Assembly (NCBI GenBank): GCA_036787315.1
Contig: DAIQPR010000001.1
Location: 1-38,647, forward strand
DNA from: Polynucleobacter sp.
Lineage (GTDB): Bacteria > Pseudomonadota > Gammaproteobacteria > Burkholderiales > Burkholderiaceae
DNA: 38,647 nt
Direction of reading: 5' to 3'
Positions 30,046 to 38,647 of this stretch are shown here, in pieces (within the stretch, counting starts at the first letter, position 1; every line of letters begins with the position of its first letter). The notes under the pieces are model-generated. The model ran no database searches. It worked only from the letters and a program-made list of their open reading frames with translations, and was not told the DNA's origin. The translations under genes and the position numbers were made by a program.

Positions 30046-30960
30046 TTGAATCAGCGCGTAATCATTATTGGTGGATCAGGATTTGTTGGGCAAGAATTAG
30101 CTTTGAGCCTATCTAAAAAAAATATAGTAACAATGCTTACTACGCGCTCCCGCGAAAAAGTTAAAACCTTAGAGAGTATTGACCCTAATATTAAGCCAGT
30201 ATATATGCCAGAGTTTACAAAATTAACTCTGAGTAACTTACTGAAAGACTTAAATGTAAATGATGTTGTTATTAATTTGGTAGGTGTTTTGCATTCTCGC
30301 AAAGGGGTGCCTTATGGACCGGAATTTCAAGAGGCGCATATTGAAATTCCTAGAATGATTATTGATGTAATGCATCAATATGGATTAAAAAGATATCTTC
30401 ATATGAGCTCTTTGGGGGCGGATGTGAATGGTCCGTCTATGTATTTGAGAAGTAAGGGATTTGCTGAGGATCTCGTAAAAAATTCTGGATTAGATTGGAC
30501 TATATTTAGACCTTCAGTTATTTTTGGAGCAAAAGATAATTTCATTAATATGTTTGCAAAAATGCAAAAATTTATTCCAGTGATGCCTTTGGCCGGATCG
30601 AATAATTTATTTCAACCTGTAGCTGTTGGTGATGTATCTACAGCATTTTTAAAATCGATGATGATGCCAGAAACTATTCATCAGTCATATGATTTAGCTG
30701 GACCTGATGTTCTAACTTTAGGTCAAATCGTTCAATTTTCGGCAAGTACAGTAGGTGTGAAGCGACCAGTTATATCTTTACCATCATGGGTGGGATATAT
30801 TCAGGCAATGTTATTAGAAAACCTACCTGGACCTACCATCATGTCTAGAGACAATGTTGACTCGATGAAAGTGCCTAGTGTTTTGGCCAATCCCAAATAT
30901 AATGTTTTAAGTGATGTCTTTCAAATTTCACCCACACCTTTGTCGAGCCTATTGAAGTGA
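30046..30960 (+). CDS. NAD(P)-binding epimerase/dehydratase, complex I NDUFA9 subunit family
   Basis: IIGGSGFVG, VINLVGVL, HMSSLGA, YLRSKG, FRPSVIFG and FQPV. TTG 30046 with a GGAG SD is preferred over 30034. Confidence 0.85.
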   Translation: MNQRVIIIGGSGFVGQELALSLSKKNIVTMLTTRSREKVKTLESIDPNIKPVYMPEFTKLTLSNLLKDLNVNDVVINLVGVLHSRKGVPYGPEFQEAHIEIPRMIIDVMHQYGLKRYLHMSSLGADVNGPSMYLRSKGFAEDLVKNSGLDWTIFRPSVIFGAKDNFINMFAKMQKFIPVMPLAGSNNLFQPVAVGDVSTAFLKSMMMPETIHQSYDLAGPDVLTLGQIVQFSASTVGVKRPVISLPSWVGYIQAMLLENLPGPTIMSRDNVDSMKVPSVLANPKYNVLSDVFQISPTPLSSLLK

Positions 30961-32057
30961 AAATATATGTTGTCGGCGGTTATATTAGAGATCAACTTCT
31001 CGGAATTACGCCGAAAGATAAAGATTATGTTGTTGTAGGCGCTAGCCCTTCTGAAATGCAAGCCCAAGGCTTCATACCTGTTGGTCAAGATTTTCCTGTT
31101 TTTTTGCACCCTATTACTAAGGAAGAATATGCTCTTGCGCGCACTGAGCGAAAAACTGGTCAAGGGTATAAGGGTTTTACATTTTATGCAACACCTGAGG
31201 TAACTATAGAGCAAGACTTATATCGTAGAGATTTCACGATGAATGCTATTGCTCAGGAAATAAATAGCAATGGAGAATTAGTTGGCCCATTGATTGATCC
31301 CTATGGTGGTCAAAAAGATATTCAGGCAAAAGTAATTCGTCATGTTAGCGCTGCTTTTGCTGAGGACCCATTAAGAATACTGAGACTTGCTAGGCTGATG
31401 GCAAGGTTATTGGAATTTCAAGTTGAAGAAACAACACTCTCGATGGTTCGAAAAATGGCTCAAGAAGGTGAGTTGCGCTTTTTAGTTCCAGAAAGAGTTT
31501 GGCTTGAAATTAGTAGAGGTCTTCTTGAATTAAAGCCTTCTCGAATGATTCAAATTCTTATAGAAACATCTGCAGTACATGATGTTTTACCAAAAGGCTT
31601 TGAGGATGCTGAAGTATTACAAAAAACACTCGAAGCGATAGATCTGGGGGTCAAACAATCTGATTTACAAATACAAGTTGCGTTTTTATTAGCTTTTGTA
31701 GATTTGACTGAATTAGAAGAGTGGACTGCAAATTGGAAAATACCTACTGAATTGAAAAATTTTGCAAAGATATTCCATCAATTTCTTAGAGTTCAGGATA
31801 TTAAAAATCTTAGCGCAGAACAAGCCCTAAATTTTTTTAATCAATCAGATGCATCACGTAAATTAGATAGGCTTGAAAAAGTAATTCTCGCTGCTAGTTT
31901 GCTGGGAATAAATATTCAACTTTGGCAAAAATTGCTTGAGGCATTTAATTCAGTTGATGCTGGACAGATTGCCAAAAATTTACAAAGTACTAACGGCTTG
32001 ATCATTCAAAACGAGATTGCCAAGGCTAGGCTTCAAGCAATCGCTGTCTGTTTGTAA
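30957..32057 (+). CDS. cca: CCA-adding tRNA nucleotidyltransferase (short form)
   Basis: VGGYIRD…DKD, YALARTERKTGQGYKGF, RRDFTMNA and EDPLRILR; GTGA overlap with the upstream gene. Confidence 0.93.
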   Translation: MKIYVVGGYIRDQLLGITPKDKDYVVVGASPSEMQAQGFIPVGQDFPVFLHPITKEEYALARTERKTGQGYKGFTFYATPEVTIEQDLYRRDFTMNAIAQEINSNGELVGPLIDPYGGQKDIQAKVIRHVSAAFAEDPLRILRLARLMARLLEFQVEETTLSMVRKMAQEGELRFLVPERVWLEISRGLLELKPSRMIQILIETSAVHDVLPKGFEDAEVLQKTLEAIDLGVKQSDLQIQVAFLLAFVDLTELEEWTANWKIPTELKNFAKIFHQFLRVQDIKNLSAEQALNFFNQSDASRKLDRLEKVILAASLLGINIQLWQKLLEAFNSVDAGQIAKNLQSTNGLIIQNEIAKARLQAIAVCL

Positions 32058-33255
32058 ACCCTGGTAAATTAGCACAAAGGTTTTCGAACTCAATATTGCC
32101 TGACATATTTTTATTCCAAGCAATTATTTTGAAAAGCTCTCCCATTTCAGCTTCAGAAATAAGTTTCTGAAAGGCATGTGAAGCCGCAATATAAACTCGG
32201 GAGTCGGTTGGATCAATTTGTTCAAGGAATAAATCACCAATTCCAGCATGAAGCAGGTACGCCCCTTGGCTTTGATAATGAACTAATCCCATCCCAGCTT
32301 GCGCTGCAGTTCGATAGAGAGAGCTCCATTCGACATGAGAGGTAATGTCACATAATCCAGGTAAATAAAACATATCAGGGATGGAGTGATGTTGATGATG
32401 AGCGATATGAGTTCCTTGATTACGTTGTGGATGATAATACTCATGCTCAGGAAACCCGTAGTCTATTGCAATAAAAATTCCTTCGGATAATTTCTCTGCA
32501 ATCATTTTTACCAAGGCATGAGATCTAGGATGTATTTCTGTGATGTAGTTTTCTGGATAAATTACAGAAGGCTGCTGAAGATAGTCTGGCAATACATCAT
32601 GCGGAACCTCTAAACCATCCTCCCATAACCAATGATCTGAAAAAGTAGTGGATTGCGCACTTGGGTTTATTTTTACACCTTGGTAATACCACTTATTGTT
32701 TTTATAGATTACAAGATCAAATGGTATTGCATCGAGTACTTCATTTGCCAAAATCACGCCATTAAATTCATTTGGAATATCTGATATCCATTCGATATTT
32801 GTTTTAATCTGGTTTTCAACTAAGAACTTTTGTAGTGTATTTTTTTGGCGATCTATCAAATCTGGGGAGAGGTCCAAAATAAAATACTGGTCAGGTAATT
32901 GATCAATATCTTTCAGATACATGAGGACATCTCTACAAAGTTTTCCTGAACCTGCTCCTAACTCTAGGATGTTGGAAGGATTATTTTTCTTTGAAAAGTA
33001 ATCGAGAATAGGCGCAATTGTTTTGCCAAGAGTTGCCCCAAATAAATTGCTGATTTCTGGGGCAGTTATGAAGTCTCCCCCTAGTCCAAATTTAAAAGTT
33101 CCGGAAGTATAGTACCCATATTGAGGCGAATATAATGCAAGATCCATAAACTGAGAAAATGGAAGCCACCCATTATTATTTTTGATATTTTGATCAATAA
33201 GGTTGGATAATAGTTGGCAATGTTGCAAAGCTTCGCTATTCGTTAATATTTCCAT
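32026..33255 (-). CDS. MidA/NDUFAF7-family (DUF185) SAM-dependent methyltransferase
   Basis: FMDLALY…GYY, DFITAPEIS, ELGAGSG, ANEVLDAIP, IDYG, DITSHV and MGELFK. Confidence 0.92.
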   Translation of the reverse strand: MEILTNSEALQHCQLLSNLIDQNIKNNNGWLPFSQFMDLALYSPQYGYYTSGTFKFGLGGDFITAPEISNLFGATLGKTIAPILDYFSKKNNPSNILELGAGSGKLCRDVLMYLKDIDQLPDQYFILDLSPDLIDRQKNTLQKFLVENQIKTNIEWISDIPNEFNGVILANEVLDAIPFDLVIYKNNKWYYQGVKINPSAQSTTFSDHWLWEDGLEVPHDVLPDYLQQPSVIYPENYITEIHPRSHALVKMIAEKLSEGIFIAIDYGFPEHEYYHPQRNQGTHIAHHQHHSIPDMFYLPGLCDITSHVEWSSLYRTAAQAGMGLVHYQSQGAYLLHAGIGDLFLEQIDPTDSRVYIAASHAFQKLISEAEMGELFKIIAWNKNMSGNIEFENLCANLPGFTNRQRLLEA

Positions 33256-33273
33256 GATCTAAGGTTTGTCCTC

Positions 33274-34050
33274 ATGAATGAAACTCGTAAAATTGTACTG
33301 ATTACTGGTGCTGCAAAACGTATAGGTCATATTATCGCTCTTGAAATGGCAAAAGCAGGTTGGGATATCGCCATTCATTATGGAAAATCTCAAGAAGATG
33401 CGAAAAAAACTGTCGATTTAATCAAAGATTTAGGTCAAAACGCAATTTGTATTCAGGCGGATTTGGCAATTGAATCAGAAGTTCAACAAATTATTCCAAG
33501 TTGTATAGAGCAAATTGGTATGCCTAATTGCATTGTCAATAATGCCTCGATTTTCGAATATGACGATCCGAGTACGATTGATTATGCTCAATTGATTAAG
33601 AACGTCAGCATTAACCTGGCCGCTCCTGCTGTTATCACCAAAATGTATGCTCAGGTCTTAAAAGACTACCCTACTAAGAAAGGCTTAGTTGTTCATATAT
33701 TGGATCAAAAGTTAGATAATTTAAATCCGGACTTTTTCTCTTATACACTTTCTAAAAGTGCTTTAGATAGCGCTGTTAGGATGCAGGCTATGTTTTTTGC
33801 ACCTCAACTTCGTATTATGGGTGTTGCTCCCGGCATAACTCTTACATCAGGTGATCAGTCTCCAGAAGGCTACCAAGAGGCTCAAGCTGGAGTTTTGTTA
33901 GGTTACTCTTCTAAACCAGACGATATTGCTCAATGCATTATGTATTTGCAAGAAGCAAAAGCATTAACAGGTAGTGTTTTGTATGTGGATGGTGGCCAAC
34001 ATTTACAATCATCACATCGGGATGTCATGTTTTTAACTAAAACCCATTAA
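33274..34050 (+). CDS. Short-chain dehydrogenase, pteridine reductase/FolM-like
   Basis: TGAAKRIG, VNNAS, YTLSK (YxxxK) and VDGGQHL; directly upstream of folB. Confidence 0.85.
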   Translation: MNETRKIVLITGAAKRIGHIIALEMAKAGWDIAIHYGKSQEDAKKTVDLIKDLGQNAICIQADLAIESEVQQIIPSCIEQIGMPNCIVNNASIFEYDDPSTIDYAQLIKNVSINLAAPAVITKMYAQVLKDYPTKKGLVVHILDQKLDNLNPDFFSYTLSKSALDSAVRMQAMFFAPQLRIMGVAPGITLTSGDQSPEGYQEAQAGVLLGYSSKPDDIAQCIMYLQEAKALTGSVLYVDGGQHLQSSHRDVMFLTKTH

Positions 34051-34056
34051 GGATCT

Positions 34057-34452
34057 ATGAATTCAGCACTTAGCATTAAAGAGCTACAAGGATGTCGACG
34101 TTTATTTTTAAAGAATTACGATATTTTGATAAATATTGGCGTTCATGATTTTGAAAAAAAAGCTGAGCAACATGTGATCGTTAATATTGATTTATATGTA
34201 CCACTTGATCACAATACTCCCAAAAGTGACGATTTAAGTGAAGTGGTTGATTATGATTTTATGCGTGAAACTATTAAAGAAATTGTGAGCCATGGACATA
34301 TTCATTTGCAAGAAACTTTATGTGATGAGATTCTAAAAAAAATGCTGGCACATCCTTTGGTGAAGGCTGCTAGAGTATCCACAGAGAAGCCTGATGTTTA
34401 TCCTGACTGTGATGGCGTTGGAGTTGAAGTTTTTGAGATAAAACAAGATTAA
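34057..34452 (+). CDS. folB: Dihydroneopterin aldolase
   Basis: IGVHDFEK, VVDYD, HLQETL and EKPDVY. Confidence 0.9.
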   Translation: MNSALSIKELQGCRRLFLKNYDILINIGVHDFEKKAEQHVIVNIDLYVPLDHNTPKSDDLSEVVDYDFMRETIKEIVSHGHIHLQETLCDEILKKMLAHPLVKAARVSTEKPDVYPDCDGVGVEVFEIKQD

Positions 34453-35361
34453 ATGAAAACCCAAGTTGACCCCAGAAAAGTAGAGTTTGAAGAGAACAAG
34501 CTTGTTAAAAAGCTTTGTCGCTTGGTGGGGACCGCCATTAACGATTTCAACATGATTGAAGATGGCGATAAGGTCATGGTATGTGTTTCGGGTGGAAAAG
34601 ATAGTTATGCAATGTTGGATATCCTTCTCAAACTAAGGGAGAGGGCTCCAATAGAATTTAGTTTAGTTGCAGTTAATTTAGATCAAAAGCAACCTGGCTT
34701 TCCTGAAGATATTTTGCCCAATTATTTAAATCAATTACAGGTTCCATTTCATATTGAAGAACAAGATACCTACAGCATCGTTAAGAGGGTCATTCCGGAT
34801 GGGAAGACAACTTGTGGATTGTGTTCAAGATTAAGAAGAGGAATTCTTTATCGCGTAGCAGATGAATTAGGGGCTACTAAAATTGCACTTGGGCATCATC
34901 GTGAAGATATCTTAGAGACATTTTTGTTAAATATGTTTTATGGTGGGCAATTAAAGTCAATGCCTCCTAAATTGCAGTCCGATGATGGACGACATATTGT
35001 TATTCGTCCTTTGGCATACGTGCCTGAGAAATATCTTGAAAAATATGCAGTAGATCAAAATTTCCCAATTATTCCTTGTAATCTTTGTGGCAGTCAGCCC
35101 AATTTACAAAGAAATGCAATGAAAGAGCTTTTGAAGCAGTGGGGTAAAACCAATCCTGGTAGGGTAGAAAGTATTTTCCGGGCCTTGACCCATGTTGTTC
35201 CCTCGCACCTTATGGATGCAAACTTATTTAATTTCAAAGATTTAGAGATTGGCACAGATACTAAGATTAACTTTGGAGACCTTGCAATAGATGAAGGTTT
35301 AGAAGATGTATGTGCTACTGATGATGAATTTAAACAGATTAAGATGTATTCAATCCCTTAA
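34453..35361 (+). CDS. ttcA: tRNA 2-thiocytidine(32) synthetase
   Basis: SGGKDS PP-loop, [17 protein letters not shown] and [10 protein letters not shown]. Confidence 0.97.
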   Translation: MKTQVDPRKVEFEENKLVKKLCRLVGTAINDFNMIEDGDKVMVCVSGGKDSYAMLDILLKLRERAPIEFSLVAVNLDQKQPGFPEDILPNYLNQLQVPFHIEEQDTYSIVKRVIPDGKTTCGLCSRLRRGILYRVADELGATKIALGHHREDILETFLLNMFYGGQLKSMPPKLQSDDGRHIVIRPLAYVPEKYLEKYAVDQNFPIIPCNLCGSQPNLQRNAMKELLKQWGKTNPGRVESIFRALTHVVPSHLMDANLFNFKDLEIGTDTKINFGDLAIDEGLEDVCATDDEFKQIKMYSIP

Positions 35362-35393
35362 GGATTGTTAAATTTAACTCATATAATGAAAAT

Positions 35394-36758
35394 ATGAATA
35401 TTGTTATTTTAGCTGCTGGGCAGGGTAAAAGAATGTACTCTGCGCTTCCAAAGGTCTTACACCCGATTGCGGGTAAGGCCATGTTAGGTCACGTTCTTGA
35501 TACGATTCAAGAAATTGACTCCAATACTAAACCGTCTGTTGTTCTTGGTCATGGACAAGATTTCGTTAGAAAATTTTTAGATAAGTATCATCCAAATGTT
35601 CAAATTGCAATTCAGTCTGAGCAAAAGGGTACTGGCCATGCTGTACAACAAGCATTGCCTTTTTTAGGTGATGAAGGAAGTACTTTGATACTTTATGGCG
35701 ATGTCCCATTGATTCAGTCGAGTACTTTAAAAGAGCTTTTACGTCTTGCTGAAGATGGTGCTTTAGCAATACTGACTCAAGAAATGTCTAATCCAACTGG
35801 ATACGGTCGAATAGTCCGAAATCTTGAAGGTGAAGTTAGCGGTATTATTGAAGAGAAAGATGCAACGCCTGAAATTAAGAAGATCAAAGAGATTAATACG
35901 GGTATTATGGCTTGCCCTACAAAAGACCTTCGAAGATGGTTATCAGTTATTCAGCCTAATAATGCTCAGGGTGAATATTACTTAACTGACATTGTTGGAC
36001 TTGCAGCCAAAGAGTCCGTTCCAATTCGTACGATGATGCCCCAGTTTGCTTTTGAGGTTGAAGGGGTTAATAATCGTTTACAACTTGCCACCCTAGAAAG
36101 GACATGGCAATCTCATTTAGCGACGCAACTTCTCCAGAACGGACTTACTTTATTAGATCCTCAAAGGATTGATATTCGCGGCAAGCTTTCTGTAGGCAAA
36201 GATATATCAATTGATGTTGGATGCGTATTTGAAGGAAATGTAGAAATCGCTGATGGAGTCCAAATTGGACCGTATTGTGTCATCAAGGATTCTAAAATTG
36301 GTGCAAATACTCAGATTAAAGCTTTCTCTCACATTGAGGGAGCCACAATTAATGATGAGGCTGTAATTGGTCCATATGCTAGAGTTCGACCAGGCACTCT
36401 AATAGACTCTCAGGCACATATAGGTAATTTTGTCGAAGTTAAAAATAGTTATATTGGAACTAATAGTAAAGCTAACCATTTGTCTTATATCGGCGATGCC
36501 AAAGTCGGAAATAGAGTCAATATTGGTGCTGGAACAATTACTTGTAATTACGATGGCGTCAATAAGCATCTAACGACGATCGAGGATGATGTATTTATAG
36601 GTTCTGACTCACAATTAGTGGCTCCAGTAACTGTTGGAAAAGGTGCAACTTTAGGTGCTGGCACTACCCTGACTAAAGATGCTCCAGCAGATAAGCTAAC
36701 TATTAGTCGTGCGAAGCAACTTAGTGTTGAATGGAAAAGACCAGTCAAAAACAAATAA
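35394..36758 (+). CDS. glmU: Bifunctional UDP-GlcNAc pyrophosphorylase / GlcN-1-P acetyltransferase
   Basis: ILAAGQGKRM, GTGHAV, YGDVP, hexapeptide repeats and ITCNYDG. Confidence 0.98.
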   Translation: MNIVILAAGQGKRMYSALPKVLHPIAGKAMLGHVLDTIQEIDSNTKPSVVLGHGQDFVRKFLDKYHPNVQIAIQSEQKGTGHAVQQALPFLGDEGSTLILYGDVPLIQSSTLKELLRLAEDGALAILTQEMSNPTGYGRIVRNLEGEVSGIIEEKDATPEIKKIKEINTGIMACPTKDLRRWLSVIQPNNAQGEYYLTDIVGLAAKESVPIRTMMPQFAFEVEGVNNRLQLATLERTWQSHLATQLLQNGLTLLDPQRIDIRGKLSVGKDISIDVGCVFEGNVEIADGVQIGPYCVIKDSKIGANTQIKAFSHIEGATINDEAVIGPYARVRPGTLIDSQAHIGNFVEVKNSYIGTNSKANHLSYIGDAKVGNRVNIGAGTITCNYDGVNKHLTTIEDDVFIGSDSQLVAPVTVGKGATLGAGTTLTKDAPADKLTISRAKQLSVEWKRPVKNK

Positions 36759-36783
36759 AGCAATTAGCGAAAGTTAACTAAAT

Positions 36784-38607
36784 ATGTGCGGAATTGTCGG
36801 TGCAGTTTCTAATAAAAATATAGTTGCAATATTAGTCGAGGGTCTTCAAAGACTCGAGTATCGTGGATATGATTCTTGTGGCTTAGCTGTTGTTGGTCAA
36901 AAAGAAGGCCTGCAAAAAAGTAAAACAACGGCCCGTGTTCAGGATTTAAATCAAAATACCCAAAATTTTTATGGAACCATGGGAATTGCTCATACGCGTT
37001 GGGCAACGCATGGTAAACCAAATACAGCTAATGCACACCCTCACTTTTCTGGTAATTTAATAGGCGTTGTCCATAATGGAATCATTGAAAATTTCGAAGC
37101 TTTAAGAGCGCAACTGCAAGAAAAAGGGTATCAATTTGAGTCGCAAACAGATACTGAAGTAATTGCTCACTTAATATATGATGCATATATTAAAATGGAT
37201 CATAAAGATTTAACTGCAGCGGTTCGCCAAGTATTACCGCAATTACATGGGGCTTATGCAATTGCTGTTCTTTCAGTGGATGAGCCCAATCTTTTGGTTG
37301 GCGCAAGAGTGGGATCCCCACTTGTTGTCGCGTATGGTGAACAAGAAAACTTTATTGCTTCAGATGCCTTGGCTGTGGCAAGACATGCAAAACAGATGAC
37401 TTACCTTGAGGAGGGAGATGTAGTTTCTCTTCAAAATGATTCAGTCAAAATTACAGACATCAATGGAAAATTAGTTCAAAGAAGTGTACGAGATGTACCT
37501 CAACTGGCAGCTTCCGTTGAACTAGGGCCGTATCAACATTTCATGCAAAAAGAGATTTTTGAACAGCCAACTGCATTAAGTAACACGGTTGGTGATGTTG
37601 AGGTCATAGGCCCGGAAATATTTGGCGCTACTTTAGAAACTTGGGCCGGAATTAATGACATATTAATACTAGCTTGTGGAACAAGCTTTTATTCTGCCTG
37701 CGTAGCTAAATACTGGATAGAAGCGATAGCAGGAATAAGAACACAGGTAGAAATTGCTAGTGAGTATCGGTACAGAGTCTCAGTTCCAAATCCTAATGCT
37801 TTAGTTGTAGTGGTCTCCCAGTCTGGAGAAACAGCGGATACTTTAGCAGCCCTTCGGTATGCAAAAGAGTTAGGACATAACAAGACCCTTGCAATTTGTA
37901 ATGTTGCAACTAGTGCAATGATGCGAGAGACTGAATGGAAGTTTCAAACTAAAGCAGGAACAGAGATTGGTGTAGCGTCGACAAAAGCATTCACAACGCA
38001 ATTAGTTGGTTTATATTATTTAGCTTTAGCATTAGCTAAAAAAGAAAATAAATTAAGCAAAGAAGACGAATCAAAAGAAATTAAAGCTTTAAGACATTTA
38101 CCAGCAGCGCTGAATGCGGTTTTGGCATTAGAGCCGCAGATCATTGCATGGAGCGCAAAGTTTGCGAAATTTAAAAACGCAATTTTCTTAGGGCGTGGAA
38201 TGCATTATCCAATTGCTCTTGAGGGCGCCCTTAAGCTTAAAGAAATTTCTTATATTCATGCTGAAGCTTATCCGGCTGGCGAACTTAAACACGGACCATT
38301 AGCATTGATTGACGAATCAATGCCAGTTGTTACTGTTGCTCCTAACGATGTTTTAATTGAAAAACTCAAATCAAACATGCAAGAAGTTCAAGCGCGAAGT
38401 GGGCAACTTTATGTATTTGCAGATATTGATACAAACATACAATCTTCTGAAGGTATTCATGTAATTAGAATGCCAGAGCATTATGGAAATCTCTCACCAA
38501 TTTTGCATGTGGTGCCATTGCAATTACTTGCTTATCACACTGCGCTAGTCTTAGGAACAGATGTAGATAAGCCTAGAAATTTAGCTAAAAGCGTAACTGT
38601 GGAGTAA
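36784..38607 (+). CDS. glmS: Glutamine-fructose-6-phosphate transaminase (isomerizing)
   Basis: [30 protein letters not shown] and C-terminal [11 protein letters not shown]. Confidence 0.99.
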   Translation: MCGIVGAVSNKNIVAILVEGLQRLEYRGYDSCGLAVVGQKEGLQKSKTTARVQDLNQNTQNFYGTMGIAHTRWATHGKPNTANAHPHFSGNLIGVVHNGIIENFEALRAQLQEKGYQFESQTDTEVIAHLIYDAYIKMDHKDLTAAVRQVLPQLHGAYAIAVLSVDEPNLLVGARVGSPLVVAYGEQENFIASDALAVARHAKQMTYLEEGDVVSLQNDSVKITDINGKLVQRSVRDVPQLAASVELGPYQHFMQKEIFEQPTALSNTVGDVEVIGPEIFGATLETWAGINDILILACGTSFYSACVAKYWIEAIAGIRTQVEIASEYRYRVSVPNPNALVVVVSQSGETADTLAALRYAKELGHNKTLAICNVATSAMMRETEWKFQTKAGTEIGVASTKAFTTQLVGLYYLALALAKKENKLSKEDESKEIKALRHLPAALNAVLALEPQIIAWSAKFAKFKNAIFLGRGMHYPIALEGALKLKEISYIHAEAYPAGELKHGPLALIDESMPVVTVAPNDVLIEKLKSNMQEVQARSGQLYVFADIDTNIQSSEGIHVIRMPEHYGNLSPILHVVPLQLLAYHTALVLGTDVDKPRNLAKSVTVE

Positions 38608-38647
38608 GTTTCCTATAACATATTCTTGGAAGAATATAGTACTAGAA

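Noticed and set aside
36759..36783. glmS ribozyme
   Set aside because: The 25-bp gap holds only a tiny TTAGC-GAAA-GTTAA hairpin, far too short for the ribozyme.
38572..38647. Tn7 insertion at the glmS attTn7 site
   Set aside because: The glmS 3' end is present, but no TGT-initiated Tn7 end appears in the 40 bp visible downstream, only a weak ATATTCT/AGAATAT hairpin.

Overview
AT-rich, very compact housekeeping segment from a betaproteobacterium. Gene order and proteins point to Burkholderiaceae, Polynucleobacter-like (inference). Gene order: rodA-mrdA-mreD-mreC-mreB (-); gatCAB, DUF484, xerC, RlmI-like methyltransferase, COG0523 GTPase, dksA, argB, slmA, metX, metW, ampG (+); xth (-); pyrE (+); ArsC/LMW-PTP-like gene, dapF and two lipid A late acyltransferases (-); metK, ahcY, metF (+); DUF1439-like gene and 5-formyl-THF cyclo-ligase (-); slt, NDUFA9-like epimerase, cca (+); MidA/NDUFAF7-like methyltransferase (-); SDR, folB, ttcA, glmU, glmS (+). 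I saw no mobile element, CRISPR array, tRNA or rRNA, and no convincing new multi-gene system. The best observations are regulatory or structural: (1) a SAM-II riboswitch before metK with a readable terminator/antiterminator; (2) an SAH riboswitch before ahcY with a readable SD-release switch; (3) divergent xth and pyrE start codons overlapping in one CATG; (4) an apparent ~10.9 kb inversion separating DUF484-xerC from dapF, with a perfect 26-bp palindrome at one end; (5) an orphan ArsC-like protein lacking both resolving cysteines; (6) a hairpin-dense 316-bp gap between dksA and argB where relatives usually carry hslVU.
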